Assembly: GCF_009914755.1 (NCBI RefSeq) | Contig: NC_060934.1 | DNA from: the human T2T-CHM13v2.0 reference genome, Homo sapiens | DNA length: 64,000 nucleotides | Reading direction: 5' to 3' (one strand) | Translations under genes and position numbers: made by a program | Notes under the pieces: model-generated | Told to the model about the DNA's origin: nothing | The model's input: only the letters and a program-made list of their open reading frames with translations | Databases searched by the model: none | Shown: in pieces, positions 34,691-48,199 of the stretch | How positions within the stretch are numbered: position 1 is the stretch's first letter | Layout of the letters: each line of letters starts with the position of its first letter

Positions 34691-36945
34691 GCTATAGTAT
34701 CAAGGGTAGCGTGGATACCAGACGTTTTGTGTTCAGTTGTGAGAAAAGACTATTTAAGGTAATACGCTCCTGAATGTGCTAAAATCAAATACCGCAGCTG
34801 GACCAGATTAACTCAGGACACCACCAGTGGACTAGAATTGGTAGGAAACTGAGAAAGTTATAGTCATCCGAAGGAGTTAATGCAATTATCCATTTTCTTT
34901 AAGCCCTTTCAGGTTGTTGGGAGAAACCACATACTGTGAGCCCACTTGCAGCATAGCAGTCATGAAACGAATTCAGGCACAGAAAAAAATGTGATGCATG
35001 GACTTCTAGAAACATGGCCATCAGGGTTGAGCGTCATAACTGGCCTTGGCTGAACACAAAACCAAGAAGGCAAAACTCGCAATCCCTGAGTAGAGAGAAG
35101 GCTCCATAAATGTTGAATGAACACATGGACAAATTACACTTGTGACCTAATGGTCCACTGCCACGGTATTTACAATTAAGGCCAAATACTAGAATCAGGC
35201 CTTTGCAAAATGTGCCCTGACTTTTTGAGTCTTAGAACTGTTCTGTTTCCATGGCTCAGAAAAAGCCAAGGGCAGTTTGTTCTTTTTATCAGTTTCTCCT
35301 TGGAGAAGAAAGCTGAAAATTTCCATGATTACCATGCACACTGGAGTTATGCTGATCGAAATCTATCTAAAAGGTGCCAGGCACACAGCCAGGCGGGCAA
35401 ATGCTCTCAAAGGCAATTTCACATCACCAGCCTTGCTGAGCAAGAACAGAAGCTGTTCTTCACTCCAGCCTCTCAGGAGCACACAGTGGCCTCTCAGTTC
35501 CCCTTTCAAGGAAGAGCTCTGGGAGAAAAGCCCATGGTTCGGGAACTTTTCCTGAGACCTCTAAGCACCTGTGCCATCATGGTGCAAGCTAGAACTGTTA
35601 TTTCTAGCTGTGCAGCCACAGTCATCCATGTGGTTCCATTTCCTGGTGGCAATGCACAGTTGCAAAATATTTTGTAATTATTCATTACCGAAATCACAAA
35701 AATGCCCCTAAAAAGTATAGTATTAGCCTCTTATACACAGTAAAATGTAACCGCGGGAAACTTCAGGGAATTGTGTAAAGATCACTGGGTGAGGTAACGC
35801 CCACAAGCTTGAGGCTAGTGTTTTCTCCTGTTTCCATAGCAATGACCCCACACGATCTTACCTGCTCCTCAGACCACAGCCAAGGAAGAGATTTCTGACA
35901 AACAAGCAAAAACACAACACTGTCCACACAACTGTAAATATGCAAGGAAGAGTTTCTTCTTGCCTGAAAACTGTAAGGTTTGTTATTTGTTTGTGTTTCT
36001 TCCTTTTATCTCATATTTCTTCTAACGTCATAAGCCTGGCATTTAAACCCCAAATGCCTGCAGGGGCCAGGCAGGATAGGGAGGTACCAGCTAAAAAGGC
36101 AACTCCAGTTGATTTTTTTTTTTTTTTCCACTGCTTAGGAATGCAGGCCTGGTTTGGCTAGTTCTTACAATTTCTCAAGAGAAATTGGAACCTAGATTTT
36201 TACATGAAATTTTCCAGTTTTTAAACATTGGCAACCAATTTTCAAAAAATTTGCAAGCCACAAAAACACATCTACAGCTGAGTTTGCTCTGGTTGTAACA
36301 TCAGTCATAAGCAGTTGAAATAACCTTTCGGGTCTTCAGAATTACTTCCTATTTTCTGAATATCTGTGTGGAATATAGACCGCATATTAACCCTAATTAT
36401 TAATTACAGCTATGCATTAATTCATTAATGAAAGCCATAATTCATTGGAGAAAGGTCTTTAGTAACATATTGCTGTTGCGTTTTATTATCTCTTGCTCTC
36501 ATCATCTCTCTGTGGTGAAGGATAAGAAATCAGAGGTGATCTTAGCTAGTTTCGTTTAAGACTCTTAGCTGTTGTTTAAGGCTCAAAACAAAATATCTGA
36601 TTATGTATTCCATTTTGCACAGAAACAAACAGCATTTAATCCAAATATTTTGGCCCACATAGGGTAATTCAAAAATAAATGATTTTATGATTTAAGTCCA
36701 TTCTTACGCTCAAATAAGCATGTTCAAGTTGAGTTGAAATACAGCAGTAACTAAGTAGATATGCTTTGCGATAGTCAACTTCAAGGTGAAAAAATCCCGT
36801 TCCCTTTTACTAATCATTAAAATCATTAAATGCCCCTCAGTGGATGCATAGAACACTGTGTTCAGAAAAGGTCAGAGAACTGTGTTCAGAAAAGGAATTT
36901 TAAGAAGCTTGAGAATGCTACCATTTTAACCAGTCTGTGGGGTAG

Positions 36946-37329
36946 TGTCTCAGTTCATTCTGCATTGCTATAAAGAAATACCTGAGGCTGGGTAATTCAT
37001 AAAGGAAAGAGGTTGATTTGACTCATGGTTCTGCAGGCTGTACAAGCATGGCACCAGCATCTGAGGCAAAAGGGGAGCTGGCATGTGCAGAGATTACATG
37101 GCAAGAGAGGATGCAAGAGAGAGAGAACGAGGTGCCAGATTCTTTAACCGTCAGATCTCATGGGAAATAAGGGTGAGAGCTCCGTCAATCCATCAAGATT
37201 GACACTAAGCCATTCATGAAGAAGGATCTGCACTTATGACCAAAACACCTCCCTTTAGTCCCCACCTCCAACACTGGGGATCAAATTTCAACATGAGATT
37301 TGGAGGGGACAAATATCCAAACCATAGCA
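36946..37329 (-). mobile_element. MSTA/MSTB MaLR solo LTR
   Basis: cattgctataaagaaatacctgaggctgggtaat...ccacctccaacactggggatcaaatttcaacatgagatttgg. Confidence 0.9.
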
Positions 37330-37425
37330 GTAGTAAGTAGTCAAAGAAGATAGTTTGCATTTAGTGTTTTAATTATTTTTGATAGGGTTTTCTTTTCTTT
37401 TTTTTCTATCTCAGCCTCACAAATA

Positions 37426-37985
<560 letters not shown>

Positions 37986-39758
37986 GAAGGGCAAGGGGAG
38001 AGGGGCTGGGTGCTGAGTGTCGGCCATGCACTCCAACTTCATCAGCTCCTCCTCCCCATCGTTGATATAAACAATTGATATTTTCTCATCTTCCATAAAG
38101 CGCTGTGCAGGAACGACTTTAGGACAAGTCCTTTAATGTCTTTTCAACCTGTTCTGGCCCCTGTGCTCCTCCTAGATACAAATTCTGGAGCAGCAACTGA
38201 TTTACCAGGAAACACTGAGGAGTAGAGCAAGGTAAGGTGGCTCCTACACCACTCCGAACCAGTGTGGGGCATGGGGGCGATAAAGAGGCTGACTTCACAG
38301 GGAACTTCCAGGGCCAAAATTTCACTTCATTTGAAGGTTTTCAGGAAAACATGGGTAAATTGCAAAAGCAACGCCAACAATTACCATCTTTGAGATTTGA
38401 AAACTTTGGATTTTCTCTCTTGGGAGGCTTTGTGACCACCAGTTGAAATTTCTAGATGACAATTTCCACCTTCCATGTCATCAGAATGGAAGGAGAGGTG
38501 CACTCCAAGGAGACAAGTGACTGGACATTCGGGTTCCTGGCATGCAATACAAGTTCATCTTTTTATACCAATGTGGGGGAAGGAAGTGAGAAGTAAGAAG
38601 TGGGTAGAGAGATTCCTCCAGGATGGAAACAGTTAAAGATCATCACTTTACTTCTGATTTTGGATGTTAATGTCACCTTCAGAATTCCTCCTTCTCTAAG
38701 AAATTTTTACAAAGGGCCAACATTAAATTTTAAACAAACAAATAAGAAAATAGTAAAAGAAAGTGAAAGAGTGTAGAAACGCAGCTTGCAGCACACACAA
38801 AAAATTAGGCAATTCTGCTTCAATTTGTGCACACTGAAAATTTCATTCCTGGTAACCGGTAACTGGTTCACCTTACAACCTGGGCAAACTTCTGGAAAGT
38901 TCCATGCCTCCATTCCCACTGTGTTAAGAGGACATAGGATTGGATGGAGAAGAATAGGTCATACTAACTAGACTACTGAGGTGTCCCATGGGCATGTGAG
39001 CACAATGTCAAGGCTAAACAGCTTGCTGCACAGGTGCAGCTCAGCTCCTCTTTAAGGCACATGTGCCCAGTCCATCAACACCACATCAGGCTCACCTTGA
39101 ATACAGAGGACTAAATCAAACCCTCATTTTAGGTATTTTTGTATTTTCCCATTTATGAACAATAAATGATCTGTTAAATTTCCTAAACAGAAAAATCTGG
39201 AAGCAATTTGCTCTCTGCCCATGTAGAGAGGGGAAAGCACAGACTGCTCTCCAATGACTCTGAGGAGGATGAATGACAGGGTTTCCAAACCCTGAGTGGT
39301 AACACCACTTAACAGATTCGGCCTAGGAGGGTGCTTTGTACTTGGAAATCCTATCTCATTAGCCTGACACCTTCTCAAGGCAAAATGGCAGAGGACTGGA
39401 CACAGATTGGCACATCTTGAAATAGGCAGGCCAGGAAGTCTCGTTCACTTCAGACTAGGAGCATACCATTGCTGGCCTTACCCTCCCAAAGACAGACACC
39501 TCCAGCCCCAAATCTTCACCCCCACCCCTGGTCACCAGAGAAACATCTCCTTGGATTCCAGGGCAATTTCCACAGACTTAGCATGTGGAAATAAATCTAG
39601 AACCTAGATGGAAAACCAACCAACTTTCTCCTACTTACACTTAATAATGCAAGATTTATAAATGAGTTCTAGAAACATTTTCTCTTTGTTAATATATATT
39701 ACAGCCCGTGGCCTCTTGTTCACTGGTGTTTTAAGTTCTTGGAACAGGGATTGTATGA

Positions 39759-40113
<355 letters not shown>

Positions 40114-40671
40114 CTAACCTTCATTTCTTGGGAAGAATTTATACGACAGTGAAAATCCAATTACTATTATTTGAAATAGAGACAAAATGTTGAGATTCTT
40201 TAGACTAAAATACAAGCTATGATAGTTGAGTCCCATAAAAGAGTTTAGAGGTCAGGTCTTCACTGAAAGTCATCATCTACAACCCGCAGGAGCATTTCCC
40301 CTAAGAAAAGACTTCCTGTGACCCCACAGACTGTCCTACGGTTAAGGGAACAGAAAGAAAGTAAACTCAGGACAAAGGAAGTCTATTTAGCATCTTGAAG
40401 GCAAGACCCATGTCTGACCCATGTCTGACTCATCTTTGACTCTCCGTGGATTAGCATGGTTTGCTTTATATGTGTTAGGTACCCAAATAAACAACAGTTT
40501 TTACATCAAAAGTCACGTTGTAAACCAGACTCAATCATTCATTCATGCATGCATACTTTAGTCAAACAACCATTACTTTTCAGTTCCTACATAGTCCAAG
40601 AATTGTGCGAGGAGCTGGGGGCAGAAAACAAAGAGAAAAAGACGCAATTCCAGTTTCTGACTCATCTGCTT

Positions 40672-40703
40672 CACTTGATTTAGCCAAAAGGCCAAGAAGT
40701 GAT
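40672..40703 (-). pseudogene. 3'-truncated U2 snRNA retrocopy (about nt 1-33)
   Basis: Reverse complement atcacttcttggccttttggctaa-atcaagtg vs U2 ATCGCTTCTCGGCCTTTTGGCTAAGATCAAGTG; TSD tgactcatctgctt / tgattcatctactt. Confidence 0.85.
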
Positions 40704-40759
40704 TGATTCATCTACTTGCTTCAGCAAGTTTAAAAAGAGCAAGGGTTCATTCCCCATTT

Positions 40760-41030
40760 AATAAATATTCACTGAGTGCCTCCTATATGTCAGGCTCCAT
40801 CCTAGGCATTCATTATGTTTGCAGCAGGACAAAAAATGGTCAAACATCCCTGCCTTCATGATGCTTACCTTCTAGAAGGGGACGACAGACAAAAAGCAAG
40901 TGAATTATATAATGTGTGGATAGTGACAAGTGGTTTCAAAAACCAAAACAAACAAGGAAGTAAGAGTTGAAGGAAAGGTTGCAGTTTTGCAGAAAGTGGT
41001 CAAGGAAGCTCTCACTGAAAACAAAGACCC
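40760..41030 (-). mobile_element. L2 fragment
   Basis: aaatattcactgagtgcctcctatatgtcagg; ccctgccttcatgatgcttaccttctag; gtggtcaaggaagctctcactga. Confidence 0.7.
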
Positions 41031-41165
41031 AACAGAAGGAGCTGTGCAGACCAAAAAGTCCCATAAAGAGTCTGGGGACCAGGTCTTCACTAAAAGTCCT
41101 CTACTATCCCCAGTAGCATTTTCCGTAATTAAAGGCCTCCCATGAACCCTCAAACTGTCTGCCCT

Positions 41166-41496
41166 GGCTGGGCACGGTGGCTCACACCTGTAATCCTAGC
41201 ACTTTGGGAGGCTGAGGTGGGTGGATCACCTAAGGTCAGGAGTTTGAGACCAGCCTCACCAACATGGCAAAACCCCGTCTCTACTGAAAATACAAAAATT
41301 AGCTGGGCATGGTGGCGCGCACCTGTAGTCTCAGCTCCTCCGGAGGCTGAGGCAGGAGAATTGCTGGTGGGGAGGGGGCAGAGGTTGCAGTGAGCTGAGA
41401 TTGCCCCACTTCACTCCAGCCTAGGTGAAAGAGCAAAACTCCGTCTCAAAACAAAACAAAACAAAACAAAACAAAACAAAACAAGCAAACAAAAAA
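41166..41496 (+). mobile_element. AluS with (CAAAA)n tail
   Basis: Perfect TSD aaactgtctgccct (41152-41165 / 41494-41507). Confidence 0.95.
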
Positions 41497-42884
41497 CTGT
41501 CTGCCCTAAGGTTAAGGGAATGGAAAGAAAGCAAACTCAGGATAAGTTTCCCTTCTTTTTTTCTCACCTTCCTACCTCAACTGTTTTCTGTTCATCTGTG
41601 GCCAAAGACTCAGAAAAATCTGTATGGAAGATAAACAACTCTTGCACAAAATCAGAGGGGTGTGTGACTGAGATATAGTGGGTTCTGGTGGAAACTGCAC
41701 TGTTGACTGTTCTCCCACGACATGAAAGTAAAAGCAGACACTTTGTCTGAATTGTCAGAAAATGGGTCTCGTTTTGTCACCTCCTAAGATGCCCAGCAAG
41801 GAGATCTGAACTCCAAGTGTCATGGACCTTCCCGCAGAGGGGCTGGCCTTATGTGCGCAGCAACAAGGAACTGCTCAGTGGAACCCCAGTCTCACTTCCC
41901 CACAGAAGTTACAAAAATACTTATTTTTTTTTCTCATTTCATCCATTTTTAGGTAAAGAATTTTAACTGTTTGGGGTTCGTTACTTCACACTTAAGAAAT
42001 CTACAAACCACAGGAAATGAAACTTGACTAAATGCAGATGACACAGACAGCCAACTCCGAAAATGTGCTGGGCTCCACTCAGTTCTAGGTGACCTTTAGC
42101 AAAAAGAGGGTGTTCTGATGAAACCCTTTGACCATAACCAACAGCCTCCAACTTACAGGATTCTCCCCTCGTATGACCAAGTGGTGTAATCTTTGAGGTC
42201 CTGGCAGCACAGGTTGAGTGCAACCTAAAAGAGAATGAGGATTCCACAAGGTCTTCTGGAATGGTACACTTATTGGAAACTTGTTTCAGCATTCAAAAAA
42301 ACCTGGCCTGTTTCTAAAGCAATGCATGGTTTAAGAGGAATGGCAAATTGAAGCCAACGTTTTTCAAACACATTTCACTTAAAAAAAAATGGCCACTAGA
42401 AAGAATGCAACTTATTTTCAAAAAGAATTATCTCAAGAAAGCATGGTTGGCCCATTCATCCATCTCCCTGCCCACAAGGGAATGAATGAATGAAGACAAG
42501 ATGTGCCACCTCTGAAAGACTGTTAATCTCCCTCTCTCTATAAAAGTGGTACTATGTAATTTCTACTCATTTGGTTACAAATAAAATTAGTAAGTGAAGG
42601 ATCCGTAGTTTCTGTATGTCACCTACAAACCTGAGTCTTTGTGCTAAAATTGTTCAAATATTCAATTGAATCTTATTCAATACCAATGCTTTTGTATATT
42701 GCATGTGGTATATGTGCATGGTGCTTGGCTTATTCTGAGAGCCATTTGGTGGAATAAGAAGAGAGTAAATGAAGCCTCATTCTAGAACTTTCTTTCTAAA
42801 GTAAAAAGGCAGAGCAACCCATAGAAGGCTCTAGAAAAGGAACACATACCATGGAAAGGAAAAAGGAAAGAGATGCTACCCAGG

Positions 42885-43260
42885 TCATGAGGTTTGGATT
42901 TGTGTCCTTCCCCAAACCTCATGTCAAATTGTAACCCCCAATGTTGGAGGAGGGGCCTGGCAGGAGGTGACTGGATCATGTGAGTGGATTTTCCCCTGTT
43001 CTTGTGATAGTGAGCTCTCACTAGATCTGGTTGTTTAAAAGTATGTAGCACCTTCCACTTCGCCCTCTTCCTCCTTCTCCAGCCATGTAGGACCTGCCTA
43101 CTTCCCCTTCACCTTCTGCCACAACTGTAAGTTTCCCAAGGCCTCCCCAGTCACGCTTCCTGTACAGCCTGCAGAACTGTGTTCCAATTAAACCTCTTTT
43201 CTTTATAAATTATCCCGTCTCAGGTAGTTCTTTACAGCAATGCAAGAACGGACTAATTTA
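42885..43260 (+). mobile_element. MSTA/MSTB MaLR LTR
   Basis: ctcatgtcaaattgtaacccccaatgttggagg...ccaattaaacctcttttctttataaatta...gaacggactaa. Confidence 0.88.
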
Positions 43261-43269
43261 CCAGAAAAG

Positions 43270-43752
43270 TGTGATGGTTGATTCTCTGTGTCAAATTGAC
43301 TGCGCTAAGGGGTGCCCAGATTAAACATTATTTCTGGATGTGTCCAAGACAGTGTGTCCAGATGAGTTGAACATCTAAATCAGTAAACTCAGTGAAGCTG
43401 ATCACCCTCCCCAGTGTAGGTGGCCATTACCCAATCTGTGGAGGGTCTGAATAGAACAAAAGGGGAAAGGGGGAGGAATTCTCTCCTTCTTCTTTCTGTG
43501 TGACTGATTGAGCTGGGACATCAGTCTTCCCTGCCCTTGTTCCAGAACTGACACCATTGGCTCTCCTGGTTCTCAGGCCTTTGGACTTGGACTAGAATTT
43601 CACCACTGGGGCTCTTGGATCTCGAGTCTGTAGAGGGCAGATCGTGGGATTTTTCAGCCTCCAAAATCATGTGAGCCAATTCCTCATAATAAATCTCCTT
43701 CTATATCTATGTCCCAGTGGTTCTGTTTCTCTGGAGAACTCTGACTAGTTCA
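43270..43752 (+). mobile_element. MLT2 (B/C/D-like) ERVL LTR
   Basis: tgtgatggttgattctctgtgtcaaattgactg...catgtgagccaattcctcataataaatc...gttctgtttctctggagaac. Confidence 0.85.
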
Positions 43753-44382
43753 GGAAGAGAATGATTTTGGTTTGGCAGCTGCTGAGAAATGAGGCATAAG
43801 CCCAGGTGAGAACAGGTAAACCAGTGACTATCCCTGTCCTCAGCAACTTCGAATAACTGGCTCACCCTCAGAGAGTCACATAGTGAGGCTTCAATTTGTG
43901 CCTTCTCGCTGACATGCAGTTCTCTCTGTCTGTGGCATTGTGGCCTTTCCCTTGTCACTATTAGTAAAGGATCTTTGTTTTAGTCTCTATTATCAGAACA
44001 GCATCCTGACCACATCATAGGAACTCTTAAGTATGGAAAATTTTCCTCTGCAGAGTCTCCACCCAATGTATCACCATTACCTCATTCTTCCTTCTCCCTC
44101 TGTGGAGTTATAAACATAGCCCAGGTTCAGTTTTTTACATGTTCTTTATTTTTGCATTGAATATTATATAGAAGGGATTGCAACGCATCTTTAAAATGGC
44201 ACCTTGCAATAAAGAACCTCACCTCACTTTTAAATAGACATAATCCCTGCTTTTGGGGAGCACACAGTCGAACGGAGTCTTCATTGACTGCTCCCATCAT
44301 TCAGGGCCTTCTATGCTCAGGTGGAGAAAGTGACCAACCACGCTGTGTAACTGCTGCTGGAGGCAATTCTCCCTTCATCTGA

Positions 44383-44608
<226 letters not shown>

Positions 44609-44815
44609 TGATCTCTGTCCTTCTTTACCTGTTTGTTGATGTTTAAAATCCCTTTCATAACCAACACATCTTCTCATTTCATAAGTAGATCTGAGGCTTA
44701 ACATACCAATAGGCTGAGAGAGGTGACACAGTGCACCAATGTGTATGTGCCTGAGTGCATGCCCTTCTGATGATAGAGAAACTGGGAAGCGAAGGTGTAG
44801 AGGAGGGAACCCCAC

Positions 44816-45363
44816 TGTGATGGTTAATATTGAGTGTCAACTTGATTGGATTGAAGGATGCAAAGTATTGTTTCTGGGTGTGTTGGTGAGGGGGTTGCCA
44901 ACGGAGATTAACGTTTGAGTCAGTGGATTAGGAGAGGCAGACCCACCCTCAATCTGGGTGGGTACCATCTAGTCAGCTGCCAGCATGGCTAGAATAAAAG
45001 CAGGAAGAAGAAAGAGGAAAGAGTAGACTTGCTGAGTCTTCCGGTCTTCATCTTTCCCCCATGCTGGATGCTTCCTGCCCTTGAACATTAGACTCAAAGT
45101 TCTTCAGCTTTTGGACTCTTGGCCTTACACCAGTGGTTTGCCAGGGGCTCCCAGGCCTTCGGCCACAGACTGAAGGCTGCACTGTCGGCTTCCCTACTTT
45201 TGAGATTTTGGGTTTGGACTGGCTTCCTTGTTCCTCAGCTTGCAGAAGGTCTATTGTGGGACCTCACCTTGTGATCATGTGAGTCTATACTCCTCAATAA
45301 ATTCCCCTTCATATATGCATCTATTCTATTAGTTCTGTCCCTCTAGAGAACTCGACTAATACA
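44816..45363 (+). mobile_element. MLT2A2-like HERV-L solo LTR
   Basis: tgtgatggttaatattgagtgtcaacttgattggattgaaggatgcaaag...gttctgtccctctagagaac; TG...CA ends; TSD cccac / ctcac. Confidence 0.92.
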
Positions 45364-45425
45364 CTCACTGAGGAGGCTTGGAACATAGAAAGTGCAGGTG
45401 TGAAAAGAAGGTAAACTTCGTCTCC

Positions 45426-45512
45426 CCCATCCAAGTACTAACCAGGCCCAACCCTGCTTAGCTTCCGAGATCTGATGAGATTGGGTGCGTTCAGGGTGGT
45501 ATGGTCGTAGAC
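45426..45512 (-). pseudogene. 3'-truncated 5S rRNA retropseudogene (about nt 1-87)
   Basis: Reverse complement gtctacgaccataccaccctgaacgcacccaatctcatcagatctcggaagctaagcagggttgggcctggttagtacttggatggg; about 6 mismatches to 5S, mostly CpG decay; TSD gtaaacttc(g/a)tctccc. Confidence 0.95.
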
Positions 45513-45904
45513 CGTAAACTTCATCTCCCTGCAGAATCTGCCCAGCACTTCTCTTGCTGAAATGGGGTACCCATTGACAGCAAACCACAATGCATCACAT
45601 TAAAAGGAAGTTCTTATAAATGGGCTAATGTATCCATGAAGCTAGTATATCCACAAAGTGACAAGGAAATGCTACCTGATTCCGGGAAAGGCACTAAGGT
45701 TCCATCTTTCAATCACCTACTAAGAAAGGCCTCCAATGTATACAGACACAATTATCTGAGGGCAGAAGACAGTAACAATGGTGGTAAGGACAGAGCACAC
45801 TCCTAACTCGTCTGTCATTATCACGTGGGTGGCTCCTACGAATATGAATACAAATTATAGAACTCAGGATGAAGTGTCAGATGCCCAAGAATTAGATCAT
45901 CAGC

Positions 45905-45938
<34 letters not shown>

Positions 45939-46408
45939 GCTGAACTCCAAGCAAGTATCACTTGGAATCCAATTTACAGTATTTGGGTTTTGCTTTATAA
46001 ACACCCTGGCTGACGTGTCTCCCTTCACAAATGAATTTCATCTCTGTCCTTCAAGGCCCAGCTCTTATGGTGCATTCTCTTGAAAAACTTCCTGGATTCC
46101 TCCAGCTGGGTTTCTTTCACCTCCTTAGTGCTCCCTGGCCCCCTACTTATGTCTCTGTTTCAGCACATGCTGTATTCTACCTTTTCTCCTAGCTCTCTGT
46201 GTTCATGTTTTAAAGGCTCTATTTGACTGAAGCTCTGTGAAGGCAAGACTTCCATAGTATCCTGCTTTCTCTAAAACTTACATTTTACTATTTAAAGGCT
46301 ACCATTTCTCTATAACTCACATTTTATTTGTCTAATGGCTGTATTTCTCACTTTCCATACATTCCATGAGGGATGGAGTCAAGTCTGTCGTATTTACCAC
46401 TCTAAATA

Positions 46409-46733
46409 CAGTCATGTGCCATGTAACAATGTTTTGGTTAACAGTAAACCACATATACAACAGTGGACCCATAAGATTATACTACTGTATTTTTTACTGT
46501 ACCTCTTTTATGGTGAGATATGTTTAGATACACAAATACTTACCACTGTGTTATAATTGCCTACAATATCCAGTGTAATAACATGCCATACAGGTTTGTA
46601 GCCTAGAAGCAATAGGCTACATCATATAGCCTCAGTGTGTAGTAGGTTATACCATCTAGGTTTGTGTAAGTGCCCTCTATGATGTTCACACAATGACAAA
46701 ATTGCCTAGTGACACATTTCTCAGAATGTATCC
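46409..46733 (-). mobile_element. Tigger3a (MER7A)-like MITE
   Basis: ta-cagtcatgtgccatgtaac TIR; cccataagattata; caggtttgtagcctagaagcaataggct; catttctcagaatgtatcc. Confidence 0.85.
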
Positions 46734-48199
46734 TCCTCCTCATTCTCAGATTCTTCACTATATAGCATAATTCCTATTACAATGTCTAGCACATAGTAGA
46801 CATTCAGTAAAAGTTTTTTGAATGAATATAGTATATGTTCATACTTTTCAAATAATTTAGCAGACACAACTTACACCTAACAGGATTTTAAAGAATGGTT
46901 AATCAATATGGGAGATCTGGATAGAATGAACTACAACTAGAAACACAAGTACACCCAAAGCAAGATGCAATGCAAAGACACACATTTAGGAATAAATCCT
47001 GAATAAAGAAGAGGAGCTCTATAGCAAGCCCCAAAGTCTGCGGACCCAAGCATTTTTAAGAAATAATGAGAAACTGCATTTTCTGCTTGAAATTTCCAGT
47101 TAGACAACAGCATTTTTAGGTGTTTTTGAAGAAGGGAAAGTAATAAGCCTTTTATTGTGTCAATAATGTAAAACCATACCTGCTGATCACAGATAAATTG
47201 GGATTCTAAATGTCTACCTACACTTCATTTGCTCTTTTCTGCAGATTTATTTTGAGGGAGGTGTCCAACTCCAAATGCATTTATTGAGGGAAATCTTTAC
47301 CACTTTGCTGAATCTCTAGTAACACATACTGAGGGCCTAAGGAGCTGGGAACCCTAGCAGAATTTTTCAGAATGGGATGTCTAATTTCTCACCCTGAGGT
47401 GTCATAAAAGAACTCAGTAAAGTCATCTCATTTCTTAGCAAGTCTTTAGTGAGTAATGATGTCCTCCCAACGTGTGTGAACAAATGTTCTCAGAACATAG
47501 TGGGCACTATGCCAAGAGAGCAAATAAAAGCATTTATAACAGCAGCTGGGAAATTCAAAGCCTTTGAGTTGGCTGAATTTGCATTGATGCAGCAATGACC
47601 ATCCTCCCAGCCTTCTTCTCTGGCTGAGAAATGAAAGATCAAGGGTAAATGTGCAAAAGTGGTACTCAGAGTCATTTTCAAAGGTATGATATGTAAGCTC
47701 CACCACTGCCCCTACCATGCCCCTATTATGAAAGTAGGCTTTCAAACTCCAATCTTCATTACAAGTATCATCAACCCCAAGGGGCCTTGTTTGATCCTGC
47801 TTCCCAGTGCAAATTGAATTGCTCCTTCCTCAGTGTTCCCAGCAGAACTTTGATTATATAGATATCTTCACATGATTTCTCATATTGCGAACATAATTTG
47901 TTGTCTTGAGGGCAAGTGCCATGTCATATTTTTTTTCATATCGCAGAAATCTAAAATAGCATAGTGTTGGCCTATGTCAAACCTACCCCACCTGTACCCC
48001 CACTACAGACAGTAAGAGAGTGTCTTGCCCATAATGGACATGAGGGAGTCACTTAACAAAAATTTACTGAATTACTACTATGTATCAGGCACTGTCCAAG
48101 GTGCTAGGGATGCCATTAAACAAGACTGGTAATGTCCCTGCTCTCTAAGAGACAATATTGTAATAAACCACAGATTAACAGAAAGATTATTTTGGATTG

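Noticed and set aside
35210-35677. 155-aa ORF in unique sequence
   Set aside because: No recognisable domain, promoter or splice context; cannot be supported without conservation or Ribo-seq data
45426-45512. Functional 5S rRNA gene
   Set aside because: Truncated, CpG-decayed, flanked by a TSD and not in an array
45906-45935. Orphan poly(A) runs (also 1628-1653, 7787-7810, 12279-12297, 18266-18282, 53886-53914) as retrocopy tails
   Set aside because: No TSD or upstream retroposed body visible; treated as simple homopolymers
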